From IMG/VR virus record IMGVR_UViG_3300030103_000167, positions 1 through 58,959 of that record: a stretch of 58,959 nt of DNA; one strand, written 5' to 3'. The number at the start of each line of letters is the position of its first letter. The stretch's first letter is position 1. This document shows, in pieces, positions 9,791-18,988 of the stretch. Source of the stretch: a virus (Duplodnaviria > Caudoviricetes). The notes beneath the pieces are model-generated. The model did no database searches and was not told the origin of the DNA. It saw nothing but the letters and a program-made list of their open reading frames with translations. The position numbers were made by a program, and so were the translations under genes.

Positions 9791-9981
9791 TGTGCATCCT
9801 CCATATTAGAATGAATTGTTTGAATTTCTTGTTCTGCGAAACTCAAACCGTTTATTTCACCTACTACCCTTTGATATTGTTCAAAATTTTCAATACTACC
9901 AGAAGCAAGTGTTTGCGTGAGAGAATTAATCCTATCACGATATTTCTGGAGCAAATGCTCCATAAGTCTTATATGGTCCAC
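9787..9981 (-). CDS. Conserved small head-module protein
   Basis: LASG..ENFEQYQRVVGEINGL motif; coupled to neighbours. Confidence 0.55.
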   Translation of the reverse strand: MDHIRLMEHLLQKYRDRINSLTQTLASGSIENFEQYQRVVGEINGLSFAEQEIQTIHSNMEDAQ

Positions 9982-10199
9982 TATTTAATATAGTTATACC
10001 AAAGTAAGCCTTTTGTCTGTCCATAAGCAGCTTTTACTTTAGATTCTTTTCCAACAACTTTGTCGTTAGAATCCATATTAAGTTCACCTGCTTTTACAAC
10101 TTCAGACTTTGTTGTATCCTCCATCGAAGGCACTGACAGTTTTTGTTTCGTACCTTGTGATTTCGGGGATGGGTAACTAGCTTTATTATAATTACTCAT
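9981..10199 (-). CDS. Hypothetical protein (start corrected to 10199)
   Basis: AGGAGG RBS directly before ATG at 10199. Confidence 0.5.
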   Translation of the reverse strand: MSNYNKASYPSPKSQGTKQKLSVPSMEDTTKSEVVKAGELNMDSNDKVVGKESKVKAAYGQTKGLLWYNYIK

Positions 10200-10200
10200 A

Positions 10201-12603
10201 CTATCCTCCTTCATTTGTTCGTGTATCACGAACGGTTTTTAATACTTCGTTTAAATTTTTAATTTCATCGTTATTAGTTTTAGCTTGTAGTTCTTCTAAA
10301 TCTACTGCTGCTTTAGTTTGTGTAGCTTCTCTTTGAGCATCAATACGCATCATCTCTATTTGTTTATCACGTAAATCTTCTTGTTCTTTTTGTGCTAACT
10401 GGTCTTTTTCATGTTGTAACTGAGCAGCAAACATTTGTTGTTGTGGGTTTTGCTGTGCCATAGCTTGTGCTTGTGCCATCGCCTGTGCTTGTCCTGTTAC
10501 TTGTTGTGTTGCAGTTGCTGCAGCGACTGCGATTTGGTTCATAACTTCTGGCGGCATTTGACCATCTTCCATAGGTGGTAATGGTTGTCCAAGAGCTTGT
10601 TCTATTTGTACTCTATAAAGTATAGCTTGTCTTTCTTGAATATTAGCACCTATACTTTGTAAAGCTATAGGGTTTTGTTGCATCATAGGGTTTTGTAAAA
10701 ATGCACTATGTGCTGCAATATATGCTTCTTGATTTTGAAAATCGTAAACTTTTATAGGTTCACCTTTCATGGCTGCTTGTTGTTCTGATATTGGGTCTCT
10801 AGGTGGAATATCTTCATCAGGGGGTAAAATAGCATCTATATCTTTTACATTTAAAGCTATGTACATTTTTCTATAGGCTTCTTTTAAATCATGTATATCT
10901 GGTGCTGATTGTGCCATTTGTAGCTGTGTTTGTGCTAATGTAATTCTTTGTGTCATACTAAAAATATTAGGGTCACTAACAGGAATCACATCTACTGAAT
11001 TATCAAAGTCTTCTCTAAATACATTTTGATTATTCCCCTGTACTTGATACGGGTATTCTTTAGGAAGAAACTCACCAAATACTCTTTTTAATATTTTAAA
11101 TTCATTACGTTGTGCATAATGTAAACGTTTATGTATCGCTGACATAATACGTTGTCCTTTTTCTAATAAAGCTACTGTTGTACCAACAGGTGCTTCACTA
11201 TTGCCATCACCTGTAGGATTTTCTACAGTAGCAGCAAACCTTTTACCTGCATCAACTAATCCAGCTAACAAAGCATTTAATGTTCCGCTTGGTTCTTTGT
11301 AAGGTAATGGTAGAAACGCATCTTGTAATCTACCACCAGGAGCATCAACATCTCTCCACTCTCCTGGTTGTAAAGGGTCATCATGTCTTTGTATATTTAG
11401 TCCTCTTGATTTAAAACCTGCGGGTAAATTACTTAATGTTCCTGCATCTATAAGTTGTCTTAAAATCGCAGTAACTGATTTAGTTAAACCACCCATCATA
11501 TGTATTAAACCAAAACCGTAAAAACCTAATCCTGGAAGAAACTTATAATGAGTAAAATACTCAATCTTTTTCTTCATAGGGTCTTTTTCATTATAGTTAG
11601 GTCTTATAGCTAAAATTTTATTATTATCTTTACATACAGTTACTATGTAAGGTAATGCTAATCCTGTTTCTTCACCCATCTCGTTTGTATCTTCGAAACC
11701 TTCTAAATCTAAATTTACATGCATTTCTAAAATAGTGTATTCTTCATCGTTAGCAGTTCTAGATAAACCTTGTAGTTCATCGATTTTAGATTCAACATCT
11801 GTATTTTCATAACCACTTTCAGGGTCCATCATCTCCATGTCTTTATATAAACCTGATATTTGTAATTTTTTCAAGTCGTTAGGAGACATATGTATCACAT
11901 GTGTAATTCTAGGTGATGTTAGTAAATCTACAGCGTAATATGGAACTACTAAATCTTCTGATTTTACAAATCTAGCTACTGCCCGTCCTACTGCAGGGTC
12001 ATAATAAACTTTTTTAAATGCTGAACCTGACAACGGAAGATAAAATAATAATTGGTCCATTTCTGGGTCATATTCTTCCATTTTGTAAGTAATCTGATAA
12101 TTCATAAAGTTTTTAACTCTATTAGCTTTTTCCATTTTTAAATTATCAGTAACACCTAGAACTTCAGTATCTACTGGTCCACCTGCTGGTAATAATTCTT
12201 TATATGCTTGTGCTTGAAACTGTGTAACAGCTTCTGCTAGTATTGGATGATGTACACCTGACGCACCTATAAATGGTTCTGACCTAGTATCACTATTTAT
12301 ACCTAATAAATCTAAACCTTCGCTATATGTTTGAAACCAGTCATTACGTGAATCTAAATCGTCTTCGAAACTTTGTATAAGTTCTTGTGCGATTACGTTT
12401 AATGTGCTATCGTCGATAATTTCAGCTAAATTTTCACCAAACTTAGCATTTACTTCTTTATTTTCTTCTGTACCTAAAACAACGCTACCATCAGGATTGA
12501 TAGTAACCTCCATTTCGTCTAAATTTTCGTCTTGAACTAATTCAAGCTCTACTTCTTGTTCAGATTGTAAAGGTTGGGGTATTGCTTGTTTTTCTATAGC
12601 CAT
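10201..12603 (-). CDS. Portal protein (P22-like with long C-terminal barrel)
   Basis: 800 aa; HPILAEAVTQFQA, GSAFKKVYYD, PGLGFYGFG; Gln-rich C-terminal coil; follows TerL. Confidence 0.9.
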   Translation of the reverse strand: MAIEKQAIPQPLQSEQEVELELVQDENLDEMEVTINPDGSVVLGTEENKEVNAKFGENLAEIIDDSTLNVIAQELIQSFEDDLDSRNDWFQTYSEGLDLLGINSDTRSEPFIGASGVHHPILAEAVTQFQAQAYKELLPAGGPVDTEVLGVTDNLKMEKANRVKNFMNYQITYKMEEYDPEMDQLLFYLPLSGSAFKKVYYDPAVGRAVARFVKSEDLVVPYYAVDLLTSPRITHVIHMSPNDLKKLQISGLYKDMEMMDPESGYENTDVESKIDELQGLSRTANDEEYTILEMHVNLDLEGFEDTNEMGEETGLALPYIVTVCKDNNKILAIRPNYNEKDPMKKKIEYFTHYKFLPGLGFYGFGLIHMMGGLTKSVTAILRQLIDAGTLSNLPAGFKSRGLNIQRHDDPLQPGEWRDVDAPGGRLQDAFLPLPYKEPSGTLNALLAGLVDAGKRFAATVENPTGDGNSEAPVGTTVALLEKGQRIMSAIHKRLHYAQRNEFKILKRVFGEFLPKEYPYQVQGNNQNVFREDFDNSVDVIPVSDPNIFSMTQRITLAQTQLQMAQSAPDIHDLKEAYRKMYIALNVKDIDAILPPDEDIPPRDPISEQQAAMKGEPIKVYDFQNQEAYIAAHSAFLQNPMMQQNPIALQSIGANIQERQAILYRVQIEQALGQPLPPMEDGQMPPEVMNQIAVAAATATQQVTGQAQAMAQAQAMAQQNPQQQMFAAQLQHEKDQLAQKEQEDLRDKQIEMMRIDAQREATQTKAAVDLEELQAKTNNDEIKNLNEVLKTVRDTRTNEGG

Positions 12604-12629
12604 ATTTTCGTATCATAGTCCTATTTTAA

Positions 12630-14147
12630 TTAATAATAAACCCTTTGGGTAGGATAGTAACTTGGCTCATCGTCCATATCAGTCGAAAGTTGTAAAAATC
12701 CACCTTCTCTGAACCTTGCTAAAGCCAAAGTTGTTGCGTCTACTAAGTCATCATTCTCTCCTCCTGGAAAATCACTAACTTCTTCCATAAGTTCCTCGCC
12801 AAAACGGTTATCTGGCACCCAAACTCGTCCATCTTGGAAAATTGGAGACACAGAATTTAATCTTGCTATCTTATCTTGCCCTTTTCCTGGACTAAATGTA
12901 TTTACGGGTATACCAATACGTCTTAATTCTTGTATAAGAGGTAATCCTGACCCTTTTGCTTCGATAATTACGTTATCTGGCTCCCAATACTCATATAATC
13001 GTAGTGCTTCTTGTTTTAATTCAGGAAAATCGAATCTTTCTTTAATACAATCTATTAAAATTAGGTGTGCTTCGTCCCCAGTATACATTTCATCACCTAT
13101 TTTACCTTCTGGATAGAAAACTCCCCACGTTGTTATAGCTGTAAAGTCAGCTCTTTCGCTTTTTAAGAACGCTGTATCATAACTTTGTATCAAATAATCG
13201 CATGTAGGTGGTTTTTCTTGGTCCCAAACCATAAACCAGTCTTTCGGTATGATAGAAATACCTTCACCAGTAGGTCTTTGCATGTATTGTGCTGCCCATT
13301 TTGATGGACTTACAGAGGCTTTAATACTTTCTAACTCATCTTTAGACCAAAAATTAGCCCAAAGGGGATTGCCACTAGGTAAAATAGCAGGGAACTCTAT
13401 AACTTCCCACTGGTCGGCACCTTTTTCTTGTGCCATTTTCTTAATTAATCTTCCTGTTAAATCTTTTTTAGACCAACGTGTCATAACTATAACGATTGCA
13501 CCTCCAGGTTGTAACCTTTGACGTGGTCCAGTCATAAACCATTCGTATGCTTCGTCTAATGCTTTATCAGACATAGCGTCTTGTTCCGAATGTGGGTCGT
13601 CAATAATAAACAAATCAGCACCTCTACCCGCTAAAGCACCACCAGTACCAGCAGCATAGTATTCACCGCCTTTATTTGTTAACCATTTACCTGCACTTCT
13701 ACTATCTGCTTTGAGTTCTGTTTCAGGAAATAATTGGTTGTATTCTTCGCTATCAATTAAATCCCTAACTTTTCTACCAAAATTAATTGCAAGGTCAGCC
13801 GTGTGGGTAGCTTCTATAATTTTTAGTTTTGGGTTTTTACCTAATAAATATGCAGGGAATAAATGTGAAGCAAATTCTGATTTCGTATGACGTGGTGGCA
13901 TATTAATTATTAAACGTTTTAATTTACCACTAGCTATATCATCAAAGGCTTTAGCCATTTTTGCATGATGGTCGCCAGATATAAACTCTGACCAAATAGC
14001 TGTAACAAAATCTAAAAAACTACTTGTTGATTTTATTTGGTGTTCACGTTTTTCTAATTCTTCTAAAAGAATAGTGAACTCTTTAGCCTCAGCAGTTGTT
14101 AAATGGCTGAGGTCTATATTTTTTAAAGATTTTAATTTATCAGACAA
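12630..14147 (-). CDS. terL: Terminase large subunit
   Basis: Walker A MPPRHTKS, Walker B FIIDDPH, MTRW coupling motif, RNase H-like SYDTA and DDLVDA; TTG start. Confidence 0.95.
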   Translation of the reverse strand: MSDKLKSLKNIDLSHLTTAEAKEFTILLEELEKREHQIKSTSSFLDFVTAIWSEFISGDHHAKMAKAFDDIASGKLKRLIINMPPRHTKSEFASHLFPAYLLGKNPKLKIIEATHTADLAINFGRKVRDLIDSEEYNQLFPETELKADSRSAGKWLTNKGGEYYAAGTGGALAGRGADLFIIDDPHSEQDAMSDKALDEAYEWFMTGPRQRLQPGGAIVIVMTRWSKKDLTGRLIKKMAQEKGADQWEVIEFPAILPSGNPLWANFWSKDELESIKASVSPSKWAAQYMQRPTGEGISIIPKDWFMVWDQEKPPTCDYLIQSYDTAFLKSERADFTAITTWGVFYPEGKIGDEMYTGDEAHLILIDCIKERFDFPELKQEALRLYEYWEPDNVIIEAKGSGLPLIQELRRIGIPVNTFSPGKGQDKIARLNSVSPIFQDGRVWVPDNRFGEELMEEVSDFPGGENDDLVDATTLALARFREGGFLQLSTDMDDEPSYYPTQRVYY

Positions 14148-14152
14148 GATTA

Positions 14153-14815
14153 TTAATCTTTAGGTTTTAAGCCTTCTAAGTGTTTGTTTTTTCCAAAAAA
14201 GTCAAATATATCTTCAGTGTCATCAATATCAATCGGACGTTTAGGTGGTGCTTTTGGTGTACCAAATATGTCATCAATTATTTGTCCATAATTTTCTGCA
14301 ATTTTTTTATCAGTGTCATCAATCGCACGTTTAGGTGTCTCTTTTGATTTAATTCCTGCTGTTTTTAACATTTCTTCATAACCTATGTTCTGTTGCATCT
14401 GATTATTTAGTTGTTTATTAACTCTACCTAATTCTTCAGTTAAATTCATCAACATAAATGGATTTTTACTTAATATGGGGTCGGTATCTATCTCTTTTAT
14501 AGCTTTTTCTAATTCTTTTTTCCTTTTTACTAAAAATAAAGAACCCATTTTTACACTAGTGCCGCCACCACCTAAAACATCTAAATAACTTAATGCTTCA
14601 CCTAAACTATCTCCTCTACGTCTAGCTAACGCTGTAGATATTCCAGGAACAAAATTAGCAACACCAGATACTAAATTTTGTATTGGGTCTTCAGTATTTA
14701 AAGGTTGGTCTATATAATCTAATAATCTTTCTAAAACACCATTACTTTCTAGTGAAGTAGGGCTTACAGTTCCTCTTGGTATTGGTAGTTTTGTTGATTT
14801 TGGTTGTTCTGCCAT
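14153..14815 (-). CDS. Hypothetical protein
   Basis: 220-aa ORF, no recognised motif. Confidence 0.5.
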   Translation of the reverse strand: MAEQPKSTKLPIPRGTVSPTSLESNGVLERLLDYIDQPLNTEDPIQNLVSGVANFVPGISTALARRRGDSLGEALSYLDVLGGGGTSVKMGSLFLVKRKKELEKAIKEIDTDPILSKNPFMLMNLTEELGRVNKQLNNQMQQNIGYEEMLKTAGIKSKETPKRAIDDTDKKIAENYGQIIDDIFGTPKAPPKRPIDIDDTEDIFDFFGKNKHLEGLKPKD

Positions 14816-14862
14816 AATAAGTAAAGTAGTTTAAACAATTAATGAGTTTCTTTGTCGGCGGT

Positions 14863-15330
14863 CTATTTTTCTGTGTTAGACGCACCGAAGTAAAAACTTA
14901 TAACTGCACTAGCTAATCCTCCTAAATATCCAAGCACTAAATTAATTAATGCTTCACTGTTTTGTTCTGGTGGTTGTAATGTTACTAGAAAAATGTAACC
15001 AAGAAAACCACCCACCATAGCTATACCAATAATACGTGCTGTCCAATCTTTGCTAAACTTGGTCCGTGCATCTTGTTTATCTTGTGTTTCAAGTTCAAAA
15101 ACTTTGACACCTAACTCTTTCATTTTAACTTCGAAATCTTTTTCTGCTTTTTTAATCTCTAACAACTGTTCAGGGGTTGCGTTTGTTAGAGCTTGTTCTA
15201 TTGCGTGTTGGTCATTATCAACACCTAAAACTTTAGAAATAACGTTTGACGCCATGCCGCCAAGTGGACCGCCTAATGCCGAACCTAAGGTTGGTGCGAC
15301 TGCACCGACTATGTTCAGTATCTTTTTCAT
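14863..15330 (-). CDS. Holin-like membrane protein (3TM holin family-like)
   Basis: APTLGSALGGPLGG, coiled region, DKQDAR, two C-terminal TM helices ending FYFGAS. Confidence 0.65.
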   Translation of the reverse strand: MKKILNIVGAVAPTLGSALGGPLGGMASNVISKVLGVDNDQHAIEQALTNATPEQLLEIKKAEKDFEVKMKELGVKVFELETQDKQDARTKFSKDWTARIIGIAMVGGFLGYIFLVTLQPPEQNSEALINLVLGYLGGLASAVISFYFGASNTEK

Positions 15331-15524
15331 AACAAAAGTATAACCGTAAAAAATTTATTTGCAAAATTTTTTTGCTAGAAATTTTTTGATAGGGACTTAT
15401 TTGTAAAGTAGAAAGGATTTTGAGGCTGGAACTAAGGGAAGGCGGAGGGTTCGGACGCAGCCGTAAGGCTAGGGGGTATAGGGGTAGGCTATAAGCGTTA
15501 GTTAATATAAATAATAGAGTAGAC

Positions 15525-15549
15525 AAAAAAAGGGGTCATAAAGACCCCT
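15525..15549 (-). terminator. Rho-independent terminator
   Basis: Minus strand AGGGGTC-TTTAT-GACCCCT followed by a T run. Confidence 0.8.
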
Positions 15550-15569
15550 ATGAATAGTATGAGTTTTAC

Positions 15570-15947
15570 TTAACCTATATTAAATATATTAAGTTCTTCA
15601 GTTGTAAAACCTTTGTAAGTTTTACTACCTAAGTTGTTAAACTTAGATATATAATGAGCAAGGACTGTAGTAGCATCTTGTTCATAGTCATACTCATCAA
15701 CCCACTTATTATTTAACATAAGTAATGAACACTTATCGTTGTCTATAACAAGTTGGTCAATATTCATAATTAGTAATTGAACTTGCGTAGGCATAGAATC
15801 AAATACCACCTCAGCTTTAGCAGTATTAATACTGATAAGCTGTTTATCATTAAGTCTAGCCCTATTAGGTCTAGCCTTAAACTTAGACACATTTTGTTTC
15901 TTGGTTGTGTCAACCGCACCTTTATTAGGATTATTTTTGCTATTCAT
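15570..15947 (-). CDS. Hypothetical protein, distant paralog of 16237-16530 and 23968-24339
   Basis: MPTQ...EQDATTVLAHY motif; own promoter and terminator. Confidence 0.55.
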   Translation of the reverse strand: MNSKNNPNKGAVDTTKKQNVSKFKARPNRARLNDKQLISINTAKAEVVFDSMPTQVQLLIMNIDQLVIDNDKCSLLMLNNKWVDEYDYEQDATTVLAHYISKFNNLGSKTYKGFTTEELNIFNIG

Positions 15948-15954
15948 ATTGTTA

Positions 15955-15982
15955 ATATTACAGTAATTATTATAGTTGTCAA
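15955..15982 (-). promoter_or_regulatory. Sigma70-type promoter
   Basis: TTGACA-16 nt-TAATAT just upstream of the ATG at 15947. Confidence 0.55.
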
Positions 15983-16020
15983 TACTTTTAGATAAATTAG
16001 TTTAATTAATTTATATAAGT

Positions 16021-16192
16021 TAGTTAGGTTAATCAGATCTGATTAGCGTAGTTAGGTTATCTATTTAGGAAAGACGGACGGACGGACGAAAGGACGGAGG
16101 GGAGGGGAAGGATAGAATGGGACAGGGATAGATAGAGGGGAAGGATAGAGTAGAGCGATAGAGTAGAGCGATAGAGTAGACTAGAGTAGAGC
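16021..16192. repeat. Palindrome plus purine-rich short tandem repeats
   Basis: TAGTTAGGTTA x2 flanking the perfect palindrome TAATCAGATCTGATTA; GGAC/GACG runs; GATAGAGTAGAGC x2 plus two degenerate copies (16144-16192). Confidence 0.85.
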
Positions 16193-16194
16193 AC

Positions 16195-16216
16195 AAAAAA
16201 GGCGACCGAAGTCGCC
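16195..16216 (-). terminator. Rho-independent terminator
   Basis: Minus strand GGCGAC-TTCG-GTCGCC-TTTTTT. Confidence 0.9.
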
Positions 16217-16236
16217 CTTTTGGAACCAGTCAAAGG

Positions 16237-16530
16237 TTAGCTGATTGTAATCAATCCTTCTTCGACTAATCTAGCTCTGTAATGAGTCCAGATATCCATT
16301 GGTGTTTGAACTGTAACCAGTCCCGCTTTTTCTAAAGCAGAATCAGTCGAACCATCAGTTCCAACTAACTCACCAACTGTAAGACTGTAGTCTTTCGCAG
16401 TTAGTAAAGCCTCGATAATTTTCCCAGCTTGGGCGGGAAACTTACCCTCAGGAGTTGCTACTAATGTAACAACTGCGTTAAAGTTAGCAGTCCCCTTTTG
16501 GTTAGCTGCTTTAAATTTCTTATCTATCAT
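16237..16530 (-). CDS. Hypothetical protein, possible winged-helix; paralog of 23968-24339
   Basis: FPAQ...TVQTPMDIWTHYRARLVEEGLI; AGAAAGGAGAA RBS; own promoter and terminator. Confidence 0.6.
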   Translation of the reverse strand: MIDKKFKAANQKGTANFNAVVTLVATPEGKFPAQAGKIIEALLTAKDYSLTVGELVGTDGSTDSALEKAGLVTVQTPMDIWTHYRARLVEEGLITIS

Positions 16531-16579
16531 AATATTCTCCTTTCTAGATAATGGGCTTAGCCCTAGTTAATATACCTAT

Positions 16580-16608
16580 ATCATATCGTGGATTGATACC
16601 AAAGTAAA
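16580..16608 (-). promoter_or_regulatory. Early-type promoter
   Basis: TTTACT-17-TATGAT. Confidence 0.75.
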
Positions 16609-16651
16609 GGAGTAAAAAGAACAGAACAAAGTCCGTCCATCGTTCCGTCGG

Positions 16652-17179
16652 TCAATGTTTTTTGGTGAAGTCGCCTTCTATAATGTTATCAGTCTTTTTT
16701 GCAATCAATTCTTTGAGGCGAGTGAGTATATCATCTTTAGTCATCATATCGATTTTAGCGGTGAGTATTTCACGTCTATCGATGTAGAGTCCTCCTGCCT
16801 TGCCTCGATGAACCTCTGCAGTGATAGCAGCGGATATCTGTCCTTGGTCTTTGGCTTCTTCTCGTAGGTCGTGTAGAGTAGACAGGTGGTTCTCTAGAGA
16901 AACTGCTTCCTTCTCTGAGGCTTGGATTTCCAAGTCAATGAGATAGTTTCGTACAACTGGGTTATGATTGAGTAATACACTGCCCTGTGTCTTAGCACCC
17001 TTCCTATCTTTGGTATACCCTGCTTTTATAGCCGATTCTGTAGCTGTTTGTCCTTTAATATACTCTTTACAAAATCTTTTTTGTTTTGAATTGAGTGGTT
17101 GCCACGTCTTACCGTGTTGGTCAACGAATGCTTTTCCGTCTTCTGTTGGAACTAAATGAGTGTAAGTTAGCTTTTTCAT
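16652..17179 (-). CDS. terS: Terminase small subunit
   Basis: LNSKQKRFCKEYIKGQTATESAIKAGY...GSVLLNHNPVV HTH signature; ATG at 17179 with GAGG RBS. Confidence 0.8.
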   Translation of the reverse strand: MKKLTYTHLVPTEDGKAFVDQHGKTWQPLNSKQKRFCKEYIKGQTATESAIKAGYTKDRKGAKTQGSVLLNHNPVVRNYLIDLEIQASEKEAVSLENHLSTLHDLREEAKDQGQISAAITAEVHRGKAGGLYIDRREILTAKIDMMTKDDILTRLKELIAKKTDNIIEGDFTKKH

Positions 17180-17277
17180 TGTAATACCTCGATGTAGCAA
17201 ATGATATTACAAATATATTAAAAAAGATAATTTTCAAATTACTTTTCTCGTGCCCTCTAGTAATCTTACCATAGTTT

Positions 17278-17428
17278 CTAATAACTAATAGAAATTCTAT
17301 TAGATTTGAACAATCAAAGAATAGAGTAACAAAGAGAGTTACAGACTGATTCTATTAGAATATTAGAAATATTAGTAGTTTTGAACATTTTTTACAAAAA
17401 ACTTTTTTATTTTTAAAAACACTAATAC
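17278..17428. repeat. AT-rich CTAATA iteron element, copy A (candidate origin or regulatory site)
   Basis: CTAATAGA (17285)...58 nt...TCTATTAG-AA-TATTAG-AAA-TATTAG followed by A/T tracts; inverted homolog at 38231-38380. Confidence 0.65.
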
Positions 17429-17443
17429 GATATCTTCAATAAT

Positions 17444-17479
17444 AAAAAACCCCCGAGCCGCTGACAACGGCACGAGGGC
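17444..17479 (-). terminator. Terminator closing the early region
   Basis: Minus strand CCCTCGTGCCG...CGGCTCGGGGG followed by TTTTTT. Confidence 0.75.
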
Positions 17480-17493
17480 ATTTAGTAGATAGT

Positions 17494-17847
17494 CTATAAA
17501 TATTTTTTATTAAACTGTGGTTCTCTCGTCATAGTGTATCCATAACATCCGTCAACCCAAGCCGTCTTTATATGATAAATGTATCCTTCGTAAGCATACG
17601 CAAAACATTTCACATCGTTTTCTGTATTGTAATCTTCATCTTCCCACTGCATGTCTACATATAGTGTATTCTCTGTTTCAATGAACTCTATATTTGTAGC
17701 GGTCAACTGCTCACACAATTCGTAAACATCTAACTCTGACCTTTCTATAGGCTGGTATGCTTCACGGTTTAATACCTCAGTCCCGAACGGGCAACTGGTC
17801 TTGTCCCAGAACTCGTCGTTTGCGTATATTTCGTATAGTGTATTCAT
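17494..17847 (-). CDS. Acidic early protein (start corrected to 17847)
   Basis: AGAAAGGAGAAA RBS; YIYHI motif shared with 18318-18659. Confidence 0.65.
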   Translation of the reverse strand: MNTLYEIYANDEFWDKTSCPFGTEVLNREAYQPIERSELDVYELCEQLTATNIEFIETENTLYVDMQWEDEDYNTENDVKCFAYAYEGYIYHIKTAWVDGCYGYTMTREPQFNKKYL

Positions 17848-17889
17848 ATCTTTCTCCTTTCTATCAAAATAATAATTTATTACTTTATA

Positions 17890-17918
17890 AGTATAACTAC
17901 CAAAACGCCCATAATAAA
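17890..17918 (-). promoter_or_regulatory. Early-type promoter
   Basis: TTTATT-17 (ending GGTAGT)-TATACT. Confidence 0.7.
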
Positions 17919-17934
17919 ACAAAGGGCGAACAGA

Positions 17935-18252
17935 TTATGAGCCTCTAGCATCAGCCATTTCTTCAACAAATTCAGTATCGGCTTTTACGATAGCATTAAA
18001 ATGAGACCTACATTGATTGAAGTTTAAGACTCCAGCACATTCTTCAAAATGATAGACTGCATCGAAGCCATCGTTAACATTTATACGCATAATAGTATAA
18101 TTACCATTCCTAAAGAAATCAGCGACTACAGGAATCGAGCCGTTCAACTTTTCGGCTAATTCTTTAGGGTAGTATTTACTAAAAATCAAATCCTTCATAT
18201 CTAAAGGCTCTTTAGGGCTATTAATGGTGTTAAATTCAAATGTTTCGTTCAT
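17935..18252 (-). CDS. Early hypothetical protein
   Basis: Conserved RBS and own promoter. Confidence 0.65.
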   Translation of the reverse strand: MNETFEFNTINSPKEPLDMKDLIFSKYYPKELAEKLNGSIPVVADFFRNGNYTIMRINVNDGFDAVYHFEECAGVLNFNQCRSHFNAIVKADTEFVEEMADARGS

Positions 18253-18283
18253 AATTTTCTCCTTTCTTTTTTAATACCCTTAT

Positions 18284-18312
18284 AGTATAGCTACCAGCAA
18301 AGCGATTATAAA
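18284..18312 (-). promoter_or_regulatory. Early-type promoter
   Basis: TTTATA-17 (ending GGTAGC)-TATACT. Confidence 0.7.
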
Positions 18313-18317
18313 GCAAC

Positions 18318-18659
18318 CTACGAGCCGTCTTCATTTTGATCAATTCGAGTAATCGAAGCTTCGAATCCATGTGAGTCTCCAATCTTCAATATATGGTAGA
18401 TATAATCTTTCGATTGTATCACAGCTGTCCCGATAACGTCGGCTTCAGTGAAGCCTCTGCGTTCTTCGTTAATAAGTAATATGTAATCAGCGTTTTCAGG
18501 ATATCCGTCTTTAGGCTTATCGACAGCAAAATCGACTAAATCGTCAGCGATTGCTCCACCTTCTTCAGATAGTGGTATCATACAATGATACTCGTCTTTA
18601 CGATACTCATCGAGTCGTTGGTTCACTTCATCTAAATATATTTTAGTTTCTGTATTCAT
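18318..18659 (-). CDS. Acidic early protein
   Basis: Conserved RBS, own promoter, YIYHI motif. Confidence 0.65.
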   Translation of the reverse strand: MNTETKIYLDEVNQRLDEYRKDEYHCMIPLSEEGGAIADDLVDFAVDKPKDGYPENADYILLINEERRGFTEADVIGTAVIQSKDYIYHILKIGDSHGFEASITRIDQNEDGS

Positions 18660-18710
18660 ATTTTTCTCCTTTCTAGTTAGTGGTTAAATATTCTTTTTTA
18701 ACCTATATAT

Positions 18711-18739
18711 AGTATAGCTACCATTATAGCCAAAATAAA
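18711..18739 (-). promoter_or_regulatory. Early-type promoter
   Basis: TTTATT-17 (ending GGTAGC)-TATACT. Confidence 0.7.
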
Positions 18740-18747
18740 ACAGCAGT

Positions 18748-18825
18748 TTAATAATAGATATATATCCATAATCCGATTAAAAACCAACTAAAAATAAGTA
18801 AGATTATTTCGTTTCTACTTGGCAT
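18748..18825 (-). CDS. 25-aa hydrophobic peptide (not in ORF track)
   Basis: MPSRNEIILLIFSWFLIGLWIYIYY; overlaps the upstream stop and ends just before the next promoter. Confidence 0.45.
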   Translation of the reverse strand: MPSRNEIILLIFSWFLIGLWIYIYY

Positions 18826-18988
18826 TATGAGTATTTGGGTATTTATCAGTAAATAATTCAGTTTCTCGTCTACCACAAATCTCACATTCGAGCACATTTT
18901 GTAATACCCCATCTTTAGTAATCGTATAACTATTCCTTATATCGCATGGTCCTATACTAATTCTTCTACCTTTACAATCTTCACTCAT
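18815..18988 (-). CDS. 57-aa Cys-containing protein (not in ORF track)
   Basis: MSEDCKG...GPC...ECEICGRRE; start overlaps the upstream stop. Confidence 0.55.
   Translation of the reverse strand: MSEDCKGRRISIGPCDIRNSYTITKDGVLQNVLECEICGRRETELFTDKYPNTHNAK

Noticed and set aside
15233-15526. 97-aa minus-strand ORF
   Set aside because: Starts inside a terminator, spans the G-run and A-tract block, and overlaps the holin-like gene
16144-16192. Possible mini-CRISPR array
   Set aside because: Repeats are 13 nt and contiguous with no spacers; no cas genes
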